DNA of 62,590 nt, counting the filler, from Asterionella formosa (taxonomy: Eukaryota), in assembly GCA_002256025.1 (NCBI GenBank). It is 6 parts of 6 records of this genome, joined end to end, with 100 filler letters (N's around TTAATTAATTAA, not from the genome) between each part and the next. Parts side by side here need not be neighbours in the genome. Positions count along the whole stretch, not along the records: positions 1 to 27,666 come from NKIB01001446.1; 5 more parts are not named here. One strand, written 5' to 3'. A program made the position numbers and the translations under genes. The notes beneath the pieces are model-generated. The model saw only the letters and a program-made list of their open reading frames with translations, was not told the origin of the DNA and searched no databases. Below are positions 1 to 11,341 of this stretch, one piece after another; the first letter of the stretch is position 1, and each line of letters opens with the position of its first letter.

Positions 1-35
1 AAGAAATTTACTTAGGTCCATTATAAGGGAAATCT

Positions 36-132
36 CTTCATTGTCCTGGGCCCCCCTTAAGTAAAATCAGTCAAATTCAGTCACGGCAGTGTACATTGGG
101 GGGTCCAGGACAATGAAGTATACGGTACACTG
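36..132. mobile_element. Probable right end of a TA-targeting DNA transposon (Tc1/mariner-pogo-like) with a subterminal inverted repeat
   Basis: cttcattgtcctgggcccccc (36-56) is a 20/21 inverted match to ggggggtccaggacaatgaag (about 98-118). The segment ends ...tacactg|TA (reads TA|CAGTGTACC on the minus strand). The other end lies outside the window. Confidence 0.35.
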
Positions 133-1824
133 TACGAGTACATAAAATTAGCTATTACACTGTCCTGGTACCGGTAGTACACACAAATTAAACCCCATCC
201 TCATTCATGTACCATTGGTACTTGGTACCAGGTACCAGGTACTCGGTATTTCGGTATGCAGCAGCGGTAAGGAGAGGAAGGTGTGACTGATGGGACACCA
301 ACAGCAGGTGAAGGAGGGAAGTATGAGCTGCCAGTTTGTTTTTGGAACTATACACTTGGGTTGTACTCCCAGCAGATCGAGATGCAATGTCGCCTAGTTT
401 TGAAACTAAGGTGGATGACATCAGCCAGTCGACTCTCGTCTTGAAGGAGTGTTGACTCCTGACTACTAGTTATTGGTGGTGGCAGGAGTGACAAGTATGC
501 AGAATGATGATTGAGAGTCCAGAAATGCCTCAAATGTGGTGTTTGAAGAAGTTTTCAACAATTAACAAGTTGATGAACCAACAGAAATGATGCATGATGT
601 GTGTCAAAGAGGTAGGAGGGAGGAAGCAATTCTGTCAGTATTGTAGTCTTTCTGTTACACCAAAAACTATTTGTTCTGTGGTAGGAATGCAAAAAGTTGG
701 AATTAGGTTTGTAAGGTTGCTGAAAATTTTACAAGGGTTGAGCAGGATATAGTAAGAATGGTGGAGTATTGTTGGTTGGCAAAGCGATGTGTGTGGGATA
801 TGATGACTGCCCTACTTTGAGCTGTGTTCTTTTCACTGCCACATTGCAAATTGACAAAATGTATGAGGTATATATTCCAGATAGAACAATGCCACAGATT
901 AGATTGCCAATCAATTGATATCTGCTGATCATCACGCTGGTGGTCATACACAGCTAGTATGTATTTAGGCTATTATTACACAGATGCATGATTTCATACT
1001 ACTGTAGCTACATTATTTTTTTCACTATTTTTCATTAGCTATATATTGATTGTTTTCACTTCATTTCGGGTTTATGTATATTAGACATATACACACCTAC
1101 CAATAATAGACTTGGTCCTCTATTTACTGTAATATAGTGCTATAGTATATGTACTCGTGGTGACTCCATATTAAGTACTCTAATTTATACAATGGTCTAT
1201 TCCCCGCATACACGTACCCTGTTACGGTACCCTGGTACTCCCCGGTACCAGGTACCAGTCGATAGGAGCAATGGTACCTGCTACCAGTACCGGTATTGTC
1301 GCTACCTTTGTGCACAGTACTGGAGTACGAGTGAACTACTAGTGCTAGCTTCCACTACGGGTTTAACTGGGAGTTTAATTTTTTACGACTACGTTCCCGG
1401 TAAGAGTTTAACTATGTATACTGGTGGTTTAATACCAGGTACTTCCTGGTACCAGGTACTACGTAGTAAGGTAATTAATTGGCGGAGGTTGGTCGTTTTC
1501 GAGCGAGGATTTGGGCATCAATTAGTAAATATGACTGTCGATATGTTCCCGGTATGCATCATTGCATCTATGCCTGTATTGAGCATACCGGTATCAAGGT
1601 TCCTGCATTTGAACCCTTAGCTCGAGGTAGGATAAAACACATTTTATTGAGTCAGACTAATCAAACACGTACTTTTCACATGTAAATAGATATGTATAAC
1701 GCTCAACGGAGCTTTCACCAATACATACCCTTTCCATGTGCTTACATACCGGTACCAGGTACTGTCTTGGGACAAAGTAGGGTGTAGGTCCACTCTATAT
1801 ATCGTCAACACATAGAATCTGGTC

Positions 1825-1937
1825 AGAAACTGCAGAAAGGAACTACGGTTTTTTACTATGCTAAGAGACTAGAAAATTCGGGGGAAATCTGTTTATTTGG
1901 TATAATGAAAAAACCGAAGTTCCTTTCTGCAGTTTCT
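1825..1937. repeat. 30-bp inverted repeat (hairpin or MITE-like)
   Basis: agaaactgcagaaaggaactacggtttttt (1825-1854) vs aaaaaaccgaagttcctttctgcagtttct (1908-1937): 29/30 reverse-complement match. Confidence 0.8.
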
Positions 1938-1974
1938 CGCCGGAAGATATATACTGATGCTATTTGAAAGTTAC

Positions 1975-2529
1975 CTATGTATCTGCATCACCAGGTCCCA
2001 TTCCGGCTTCGTGAAAACCAAGAATAAACTGCTGGTTGATTGCAAAGTGTTTCGCTTTTTTTCTTTATCTCACCATGATATTCAACATCATCATCATTGT
2101 TGCTTCTAGCAGATTCAAGTTTAGCAACCTGTTTCTGGCAGGTCAAACATGTTATTTTGATGGTACTTGCCAATCCGTAGGTCTCCGATAACACAATAAT
2201 CAACGGTTGCTTTGTTGAGGTTTCGAACAAGGCCTGTTCTAAGAAGGATTCACATTTCTGTTCCATTGTAATGTGGTTGGCACTAATGTTTCATAGGTAG
2301 CTAAGTTACAAAGTCAAGAACAGTTCTTTGTTTACTATATTCTTCAACAAATGTACAAACAAATGTTTTGCAAAACATATTTTCCTGCAGCAATATCGAC
2401 AATGAAGGATAATCGATGACTTGATTCCTGCCCTGTTGAAAAGGTGGATGAATGGTAGATGTGGTAGATGTGATTGTTATTGAGGCGTTTGCTTGGTGTT
2501 AGGAATCCACCAATTTTGATTTTTGTCAT
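1975..2529 (-). pseudogene. Decayed N-terminal Zn-binding region of a Kolobok-type (Mutator-like domain) DDE transposase
   Basis: Across stops and frameshifts it reads IVDIAAGKYVLQNICLYIC ... ETYGLASTIKITCLTC ... (frameshift) KHFAINQQFILGFHEAGMGPGDA. This is the CxxC..GLAS..CxxC..(Y/F)xIN..GxG pattern of this family. The catalytic region is missing. Confidence 0.6.
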
Positions 2530-2809
2530 TGACTATATTTCGATGTCCCTGACCACCAACTCCTATTTCTGCTAAAAGATGGCCACCACTGGAGTGAGGC
2601 ATGTTGCTGTGGTTGTCTATGTTGATTGTTGTTATTACTGATGTATTAAACTAAAAAATTATACCACAACGTTAACAAAAAATATAGATATCAAGAAGAG
2701 TACTACATGCCACAACCTCACTTGTAGATGATGAGTTTGAAACACCATGTGTACTAGGTGCATTGATGTAAAATATTCTATTGAAAAGAATTAAAAAAAT
2801 AAAATAAAA

Positions 2810-3270
2810 TAATCACTACTAGATTTGGAACATTTGAAAACAGGTTTGAAGCCAGTGTACACTTTGTTTGGCTCCTTGTTTTTCAATGATACTAGGGATC
2901 AAACCCCCTTCAAACAACAGTCAGGAAGTTCCATCCGAATACATTTTCCCAAGAATGGTCCACAGTAAACTCTGATTAGAAACTTGTAGAGAAGATTGCA
3001 GGCTCTTGACGCCGTAATGTCATCAAATTTCATTCTTGTGAGAATGAAATCATCTTCCAAGAAATTTTCCACCATTTCTTCGATTTCATCCCATCGGCAC
3101 TGACATTCAGGGCAACCAAAATCACAGAATTTGCAGAAGATGCGATTGTCACATCCCTTCGCATCTGACTCTACAATCAACCGGTCTTGACATGTTGGAC
3201 ACCATGTATCATGACTGTAGTTGAATGGGTCATCCCCCTTGTCGTCATGGTGATGTGAATTTTCGCTCAT
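2810..3270 (-). pseudogene. Cys-rich ORF with P2RX7 C-terminal (ballast)/KolX-like motif and one premature TGA
   Basis: MSENSHHH..CPTC..CKFC..CPECQC..LYKFLIRVYCGPFLGKCIRMELPDCCLKGV*SLVSLKNKEPNKVYTGFKP. Reading through TGA at 2899-2901 (plausibly from CGA) restores the LGx3R..LPxC..(I/V)R....YxGFK signature. Confidence 0.6.
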
Positions 3271-3722
3271 GGTTGATTGTTGCGTTTTTTGTTTCTTACA
3301 AGTATAGTCATCAACGATATTTGCCAAGCTGCCAGCTTGATGCTCTGACACATAAATGTTGATCGTAGTATTATAGTGTATACATACATTGAGCAATGCA
3401 GAATGTTTATGTAAATATTTAGCAAAGAATTCGAAAAGGAATCTATGTGTGTACACGCAAATTTCCACTCGTTTAAATGTTTCGAATGGAATCACGTCAT
3501 TCAAAAATAGCTCATAAAAATTCTTAGTTCCAGGGAATTTCGGCAACCCTAAGGAATTTTTTAATTTTTGCCTAATGCTGACCGGTCAAGATCTTTCTCG
3601 CGCCGCTCGTTTGCGCGTTATTCTGCTATATAAATCCTGTCTATTACCGTTTAGACATTCCTCAGACTACCTAGTCCTTGGACACCTGTAGACATCAACA
3701 GCCTAACATACACTCTCTGACA

Positions 3723-3931
3723 CAGACAATCGTCCTGCATTGTTTGTTTGAGAAACCGGTCGTACTGGTATACTACAGTAGGAAGTTACTGTTTACCGGT
3801 ACCTGATTTAACGGTATCTGGCTGGTCCCAGGGTACCAGGTGAAGTATCTAACTAGAAGTACCGGTAGTAGTATTTGTTCAATGTATGAGCTTATTAGTT
3901 AATCCTTGTCTGCAACTCGATCTTCTAGGTT
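3723..3931 (+). repeat. Dispersed repeat of about 210 bp, copy A (copy B at 13363-13571)
   Basis: Colinear similarity cagacaat..gcattgtttg..ctacagtaggaagttactgt..tatctggctggtcccagggtaccaggtgaa..gcaactcgatct..taggtt. Confidence 0.85.
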
Positions 3932-4799
3932 GACACTAAAGTATTCAAATAGGTGTTAGTCGAGTTCTCTCTTGATAGAGTTCTGATATATCTATGTAAA
4001 CCTAACCTTATACTAGGTATGTCTTTAGTTGATCGAGATCGCTCACTCTCCCATACCAAGGGAAAACCTTTCACCTATGAAAAGGTTTGATATGATTAAT
4101 ATTAATTCGTTCAGTAGTAGGTATAGTTCAGTGATATCATGCATGGGATACATGAATCCTGCTATGCAATTGGAATATTCCGCATTCTGAAATGAGAGCA
4201 AACTTTTCACAGTTAATGGCTTAGTTCGACCACAACATTGTATCATTTCTTAAAAAATTGTCACCTATCAGGCTATCAAGATGCAGGTGTGCAAGGAACA
4301 ACATGTTCTAATTTTCTTGTCAAAAGTTAAAAACGTCGACTTGGTGGATGAAGATAATTAAGATGAATTAGAAGTAAAAGAAGGAGATATATTTATTATA
4401 CAACTAAAAGATTGTAGAACAAGATCCGAATCTCACTCAGGATCTTTGACAAATGCATATGCGCCATTTCTACTACCATGCATTAATTAGAATTTTCGCT
4501 TAAAGTTGTTCACTGAAAACATTTTGGTAGTCTCAGTATTCAAAAAATCCGTATTTTTTTTCCTGAATTTAAAGCATGTGTATATATATTGGAAGCGCCT
4601 TTTTGTTTTTTCCCTTGTCGGCCTTTGCGTGAAAAAGATTTGAGAGCGAAAGCAGAACTATGTCATGCTGGTCCTTCCTCTGGGAGGCAGTTGATTGTAA
4701 CTAAAGGAAATCAAATAGGATTTTCATCATTTGTAAGAATCAAAATTTCCAATTCACATGAAAAAATATCTTAATGCAAGAAATACTTACCAAAAAGGC

Positions 4800-5350
4800 A
4801 TCTTTGTTCACATAAAATACAGTCCTGCAGTTATGTTTTGCAAATAGCACTTGCCCATGACATATTGCCCAATGTGGCTGACAGTAGCATGATACACAAT
4901 TAACTCCTGTTGGACAGGTCCATCCAACTAGCTACTGACACCTAATTTACAATGCAGACATTAAGTAATTAAGGGTGTTCACCAAATCTTGCAATTGATA
5001 ATATCCAACATTCAAATTGTTGATGATCTTTTCTCTACTAGTCATACTTTGCTTCTTTTGGATGCATGACAAGGGCATTGTTCCAAGGCACCAATTAGCA
5101 TCGGACAACTGACCCAACTCAAAGGCTGCAAGACTGTATTGTAACAATGAAAATGCTACATCAGGATGATTGAGAGGCAAGTTTTCTGTCTGGAACTCCA
5201 CAGCTTTTCCAGAAACTCCAAGGCATGATCAGAATACTTGCATTGCCACATTTGGATAATTCCAAAATTGTGCCAGTAACTTCCAAGTAAAATGGGTGTT
5301 TTTCCATCAATGAAGAATCTTGAAGATAACTTCCAGAGCCGATTCATTAT
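4800..5350 (-). pseudogene. Degenerate TPR-repeat (kinesin-light-chain-like) gene fragment
   Basis: Frameshifted pieces HNFGIIQMWQCKYSDHALEFLEK and ENLPLNHPDVAFSL..LAAFELGQLSDA resemble TPR_12-type repeats. Confidence 0.4.
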
Positions 5351-5444
5351 CTCCTTTCTTCACACATTTGACTTAGGTAATGTATTGACAAATTAAGAAT
5401 GCTGTCCATTAAATAACAATCAATTACTCATTCATTCACCATCT

Positions 5445-5797
5445 GCCACGCTCATGACAACGGACTGCTTCTATTGGAAATATCCAAAAAGTGACGGTGT
5501 CCCCAATAGTAACAAGACGACTTTGGAGATTAGGAGCTTGCTCCATCAGTAGACAAGATCCCCATTGGGAGTAGCTTGTGGAGGCAAGGTATGGACAAGT
5601 CATTTGCCCCTTTTTACATGAATTTTATGGTCAAAGACCAACCTGGAATCCAAGAAATTGCAAAGTATACTTTTGAAGAGTGGAATCCAACGACTGTAAT
5701 TCCGGCGCATGATGACGTGATTAGAGGGAGAACTCTGATCCAAAATGTGCTTCAGAGTCATTTTGGCATAGAGAGATCGTCAATAGAGCAAGAATAA
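5445..5797 (+). pseudogene. 3' fragment of a DUF4336-like (MBL-fold) gene
   Basis: TLMTTDCFYWKYP..., then after a frameshift WRQGMDKSFAPFY...EEWNPTTVIPAHDDVIRG, matching the W-x-x-x-x-x-I-P-A-H-G-D C-terminal motif. No 5' part is seen. Confidence 0.4.
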
Positions 5798-6150
5798 ATA
5801 AGTATTGCTTGCCACACGCTAAACCTATGATTGAAAGGCAAATAACAGACAGCATATCATACTACCAGTATTCCAAGGATGAGCAGCTGTGGCAAGTTTC
5901 TGGGATGCAATGAAGGTAGTGGTAGATATATATTTATCAACTTGTTATAGAAGATACATACTGGTAGTTAGTAGATGATTGATGATACATAATGTTCGAG
6001 TGCATTCATCTGTTGGAGCTACCGGAATCTCAAATTTATCTTTATTCTTGAAATAAAATAGAAAGGATAAACCGGTAGTAGTACGGTATATAGCTAGCAA
6101 GTATAATAATATAACCGGCTCCCTGGACGTGGAACAGAATGGACACTTTA

Positions 6151-8996
6151 GAGCATCTACACGACCACATCGACCAAATACCAAGCCAATTGCAGTTGGG
6201 AGTCATTACACGTCATGTTTATTGTCTTGGTCAAAAAAGCAAAAATATTTTAGCCACAGCATCGACCAAGACCAAATATTTTTTGGTCTTGATTGAGAAT
6301 GACTCCCTTATCGACCAAATATCAGGTATTTGGTCGATTAGACTCCGACCGTAGCCAAACAAAGGAAGCGTTTTTATTGGTCTAGATTATGGCTTGCGCC
6401 GGCAACATAGCTAACGTCGACTGTTTAATTGATCCACAAAGGCTTACAATACACATTTACATTACTCTCCTCTTGATAAAGAAAAATAATAAACTTAAGT
6501 ACAAATACCTTTGAATAATACCGGCAGCTATCTATAAAACTATCTCATGCATAAAATATGACATCTTGCTGAATGTTGTCCTTCAAGTCTTTGACGGTCC
6601 CAATAAGATGATATCGTCATCCATTGGCGTCAAAGCAGGATGCTACTTTAGCTAGTAGGAGCAGCAGGAGCAGCAGGAGCAGCAGCCAACGACGATGATT
6701 CATCGTCGATTTCAGACAAGACCAAAGTTGGAATATTTTGGCGCTGTCAAGAGTGACAATCAATAGCGATGTGCGAGTTTTGTCAAGGCAGCATTGTTCC
6801 TCATGTACCGTGATGTGTCATCATTGGCAGACTGCTGCATGTCAATGGCTAGTATTAATATCTCCTTCCCTTGCATGCAGATCAACATTACGCTCAAGTT
6901 TGCTCAACATTATGTGAAGTTATGCCATGATGGGTATACACTTTCCAAGATAGTTCCGCCATATAACGAAGGGCTTCACGCCAATAAAGGCAATGTCGTT
7001 TAGGGAACAAGTGAAGGAGGGATTATGTGTGATCCAATTGCATCTCAATAATTCAAGTGCTTCGAGTACTCCACTGTCCCACCAGTCCCACCTGTCATCC
7101 ACCACTGATGATTTTGATGTAATAGATGATTCCAAATGAAGAAAAATAATATAGATTACATTTCAATGCTGGTATGATTGATTAGAAAGCTGTCACTCTA
7201 GCTAATTGGAAAAACGGAAGGGTTTCTCTGTTCTAGAATACCAATATACAAATGGATAGTCATATTAGTTTTTGATGGGCAGTTTAAATAGGCGTAGTAT
7301 TAGCTTTGTAAGAAAAAGGAATTTACAGGAAATGTGATGCTTCTAAAATTCCAAAAACTACAGTTACAGAATATCCAAGAAACTTCCTTTGATCCTCCGC
7401 CTCCTCCTTCGGCTGCCTTTTCTCGTTTTCTTCCTGTATATGCTGTATGAGGTTATGTACGGAAGTGTAGGAGCGGTCATCATCTGATGAGTCGCTATCA
7501 TTGCTCATTTCATCAGGCAGATTTGTATGAGTACCTTGGTATCATACACCACACAGTACCATCATTTTCTTATTGGTAGTAATCGGGTTTACCAATATAA
7601 CATAGCAAGCAAAATATAAAACACCTGTTGACACAATCATGATGATACCATATGCCGCCGGACACAGAGAAACTATTTAACAAATAATATTCTACTATTG
7701 TGTGCTGTATAATTAATTCCATACCCTGTTGGTTTTACTGCTGTCTGGTACCTGGTACCAGGTACCAGCCAGGTAGCTGTTGGCTGCCTGGTATAAATCC
7801 ATGCATGGGTTGTTCAACATACATATGTATTGGTCATACATATTTCGACCATACTGTGCCTGTTCACTACTGAATGATTCCAGGTGTTAATCAATGTATG
7901 GTGGTTGTCACAAGATTTCCCAGGTTTGCTGTGGAATCAATCTGAAATTTGAACAAATATTGAGAAGTCTCTCATCAATTCATTTGCCTGATTTTTGTGA
8001 TGCAATAAGCTCCCCTTTCTGCTATTCTGATGCCATGGGACATATCTCACCTATCTGTGGTGTTCCAGTGACAAGTGGCTGATGAAAAGAAGAAAGATAG
8101 TATCCAAGAACACAGTCTCTCTCTCATCATAGTGTAGGGTTCTTGTACATGCTGGCAAAGGAAGTCCTTGGTTGTTGGGAGAGTAAAATAATAGATAAAA
8201 CCCCATGTTATGGTACTTCTGTTCTTGCTGCTGTGAGCATCTGTCCAGGAAAGATCCAGCAGGATTCTCCCCCCCCCCATTTGAGAGAATCGGCAAGCCA
8301 GGGTTGACGATGCTTGGTAGATGGGAAGACATGCTGGGGTGTGGCAACACAGGAAGGTGGCTAGTAGATGTGGAGGCGAACAGTGAAAGGAGGATGCAGC
8401 CAGGAGATGGGGTCGTGTATGGTAAGGCCAGGTGTTGAATGAGAGGAAGAAGGTCGAGGAGAAGGGTGAGTGAGTGCTACCCCTTGTTAGACTCTTATGG
8501 GTGTAATGAGTCATATGCCGCCGGACACAGAGAAACTATTTAACAAATAATATTCTACCATTGTGTGCTGTATAATTAATTTCATACCCTGTTGGCTTTA
8601 CTGCTGTCTGGTACCTGGTACCAGGTACCAGCCAGGTAGCTGTTGGCTGCCCGGTATAAATCCATGCATGGGTTGTTCAACATCATGCATATGTATTGGT
8701 CATACATATTTCCACCATACTACTGTGCTTGTTCACTATTGAATGACTTTGCTTACCTGGAGCTCGTTGTAATAGTTCTCTGCTATAACGATACACATTT
8801 AACAACATTCTTGTGCTCTTTCTATTTGCTAAACGTTTCGGTGCGAGATTTGACTATTCTAGGATTTGGTCGATGCAGTGGAAAAAAAAGAAAATTTCGA
8901 CTATCATTGATTAAAAATATCCTCGACCAAGTGACGTGTATTGATATTTTCAACTGCAATTGGCTTTGGTATTTGATCGATGCGGTGGAGATGCTC
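6151..8996. mobile_element. Non-autonomous or decayed PIF/Harbinger-type DNA transposon (about 2.85 kb)
   Basis: TTA|GAGCATCTACACGACCACATCGACCAAATACCAAGCCAATTGCAGTTG at the left end and CAACTGCAATTGGCTTTGGTATTTGATCGATGCGGTGGAGATGCTC|TAA at the right. This is an imperfect TIR of about 50 bp starting GAGCATCT, with TWA flanks and a subterminal TCGACCAA motif repeated at both ends. Confidence 0.8.
7649..8746 (+). repeat. Two direct repeats of about 230 bp (7649-7877 and 8512-8746) bracketing about 635 bp
   Basis: catatgccgccggacacagagaaac...gttcacta(c/t)tgaatga occurs twice with few substitutions and small indels. Confidence 0.9.
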
Positions 8997-9145
8997 TAAC
9001 ACGATCCAGAACTTGTTCCTTTCAAACTACCAGGTACTCCTACCATTATTAAGATTGCGGCCCCGCAGTTACACATCACGAGGTCTGTTTTTTTCCAAAA
9101 TATTTTTATCATTTACTTGTTATTTAGGCGCGATCGGAGGGTGCG

Positions 9146-9567
9146 CCCTAATTCACTGGATATCAAAAGGACAGGATATCGTAATGCAATCAAGTACCGA
9201 GTGTGAATATGTCGCACTCAGTAACGGCTTAAAGGAAACTGTCTTTGCAACGAATCTACTGGGCGAAATAACCACTATCGCGATGCCTAGTCTAATGGGT
9301 GAGGACAATACCGGTGCGATTTATTTAACGAAAAATCATCAGGTCGGGGCATGTACAAAACACATCGACGTAAGATACCACTATGTAGGAGAACAAGTCG
9401 AAAACGAAACGATTAAGGATGATTTCATCAATACGGAAAAGAATCCTGCAGATGTCCTAACTAAAAATGTCACAGACAAGATTATGAACATGCACAGATA
9501 CACGATCCAAAACGGTATGATGGATTGTTGGAACAAGGAGAGTGTAAAAGTGAGCTCATCTACATAG
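9146..9567 (+). mobile_element. Ty1/Copia Pol C-terminal RNase H fragment
   Basis: IHWISKGQDIVMQSSTECEYVALS..EDNTGAIYL..CTKHIDVRYHYV..NPADVLTK, the canonical Copia RNase H motifs. Confidence 0.92.
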
Positions 9568-9922
9568 TTAGGACTCAGAGTCAAACGATTCGAATGAGTC
9601 AACTTTGATGTACCAAGCTCTCATCAACCACACATTATACCTTGTTACTCCGCCTATAATGAGCCGGACGATATAAGCTATTTCAGAAGACCGATAGTTT
9701 GAAAATGAATGATCATGGTTAAAACCTATGATCAGTAAGTGTGAGATAGACATGGGTCTATCATTTGGAGAATAGTTCGTTTGTTTGCTCAAACAGAACA
9801 ACCTAAAACTAGATTAGTAAACTCACAATAAGAATACAGAAACGGAAAGAGAAATGAATGTCTCTATCTATAGTCTTCTTTGTCTAACAATATAGATCTA
9901 TCAAAAAGGTAATACTTCAACA
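9543..9922 (+). mobile_element. Putative Copia LTR (about 380 bp)
   Basis: Purine tract gaacaaggagag is followed by TGTAAAAG..., ending ...CTTCAACA (TG..CA with a short imperfect inverted terminus). The right boundary is inferred; ...ctaaca at 9889 is an alternative. Confidence 0.6.
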
Positions 9923-9967
9923 CAAAAAATAAACGAACTTAAGTGTTTGCTTAATATTTCTACAGAA

Positions 9968-10122
9968 ATGTCTGAAGAGAGCATGAGGCTCATCAAGTTT
10001 GATGGGAATGAGACGAACTGGTATCAGTGGAGCATTAAACGCTTGCTCTTGCCAAGGCCAGAGGATTCCGAACGATGTACTCGAAGGACCACAACCCGTG
10101 TTCTGACGAAGAGTACATAGTA
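9968..10122 (+). pseudogene. Copia Gag N-terminal fragment (one frameshift)
   Basis: MSEESMRLIKFDGNETNWYQWSIK/TLALAKARGFRTMY, matching the F-D-G..N-W..W Gag start motif, about 45 nt downstream of the putative LTR. Confidence 0.7.
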
Positions 10123-11341
10123 CGTGCAACTAAGTATACCGGTAATAAGAAAAGGTAAAATTAGCTTTCACCAATACAACCCTGTAGATGTAGAGCAATC
10201 CTCTTCCAAAAAGTCGACCCGATCGGCTTTTTCAACAGTGTTCAAAATATTGGAATCAGAATTTGTACGTGCAAAATCGTTATCGTATACTTTGAGTCTT
10301 GCGTAGGAATGTTTCGCTGAATAATTCTCAGTCCGAAAAGACTCCAGGGTAAGCTCCCGCATCACTACACATATTCTGATTGGTTGAATTGAATTTATTT
10401 CACCTGCTATAGATTCGCTGAAGTGTCCCGGTCTTGTAAAATCTTGCCAGCCACACTTGAGACACACGTATTAGATGTACTGAATACTGTTTGGTAAAAT
10501 CAGTCCCGGTAGTTTCATCCTGTCTTCAATTATGATGAACCAATATTATGTGCTACCTGGTACTCCGAATACCGAAATATGGGACTTTGGTACTGATTTA
10601 CATGCCGGCACATACCTTTGGGCGTGGAGTGATATTGAAACTACATACAGCAACGTAGGATCAATATAAACGTATAAACAAGAGCCATGAGCATACATGT
10701 TGGCATAATCCTAATTTACAAGTGTGTTTTGGAGTTGAGTAAAATTATGTCTACATCCAGCAACATACAAAAAGTATAAACGTTTAAATATCATTTTTTA
10801 TCATAAATGGAACTCTATCAATCTGGCCCCGTTTCCTATTTAATTCAAATATTTAAATGGACACTCGAATCATGGGAATTCATAGTAGGAAACTCCCTGT
10901 TCCACGCCGTTTTTACAACCCTAGTGATATTTTCTCCGAACTAGGGTTAAGCCGGGGCCGCAACCTTAATACAGGGTCGTTGTTTGGTTCTAGTTACTGC
11001 CAGGCTGTAATTATGATAAGCTGCGAACTCGATGTTGATACTGTAGCCAATAAGACTGACTGTCACATTCCAAATACATGACTAACGTAAAACGTTCGGA
11101 TTGTCTTCGAAGGAATGATACTCGGCACATTGTTATCCAAAGTGGTGGGATTAGGGACGATTGATGATTGACTCATTGAACAGGGCATAATTTGAAGTTG
11201 CCTACCGCAATCCAGTACCCGCATTCCGGTACATTTTATCGACATCAATTATTCTACCTCTCATCACGTCCCTTGTTCTTATTGCAAGGAATTACTCGGA
11301 CGTTGCGGCTTTGCACAAATCAGCTTTCAAAAATCTCAACA

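Larger units (their letters stand above)
9053..10965. mobile_element. TTAA-flanked non-autonomous element with 13-bp TIRs (Kolobok-type)
   Basis: TTAA(9049-9052)|GATTGCGGCCCCG ... CGGGGCCGCAACC|TTAA(10966-10969). TIR match is 12/13. RR..YY termini with a TTAA duplication fit Kolobok better than piggyBac (CC..GG ends). Confidence 0.7.

Noticed and set aside
300..950. Possible transposase remnants here and at 13580-14330
   Set aside because: Cys/His-containing fragments are present but I could not verify any catalytic or terminal signature.
1192..1620. 142-aa ORF and other VPGT/YQVP-rich short ORFs (for example 49523-49723 and 61031-61342)
   Set aside because: These are translations of the GGTACCAG palindrome clusters with no domain signal.
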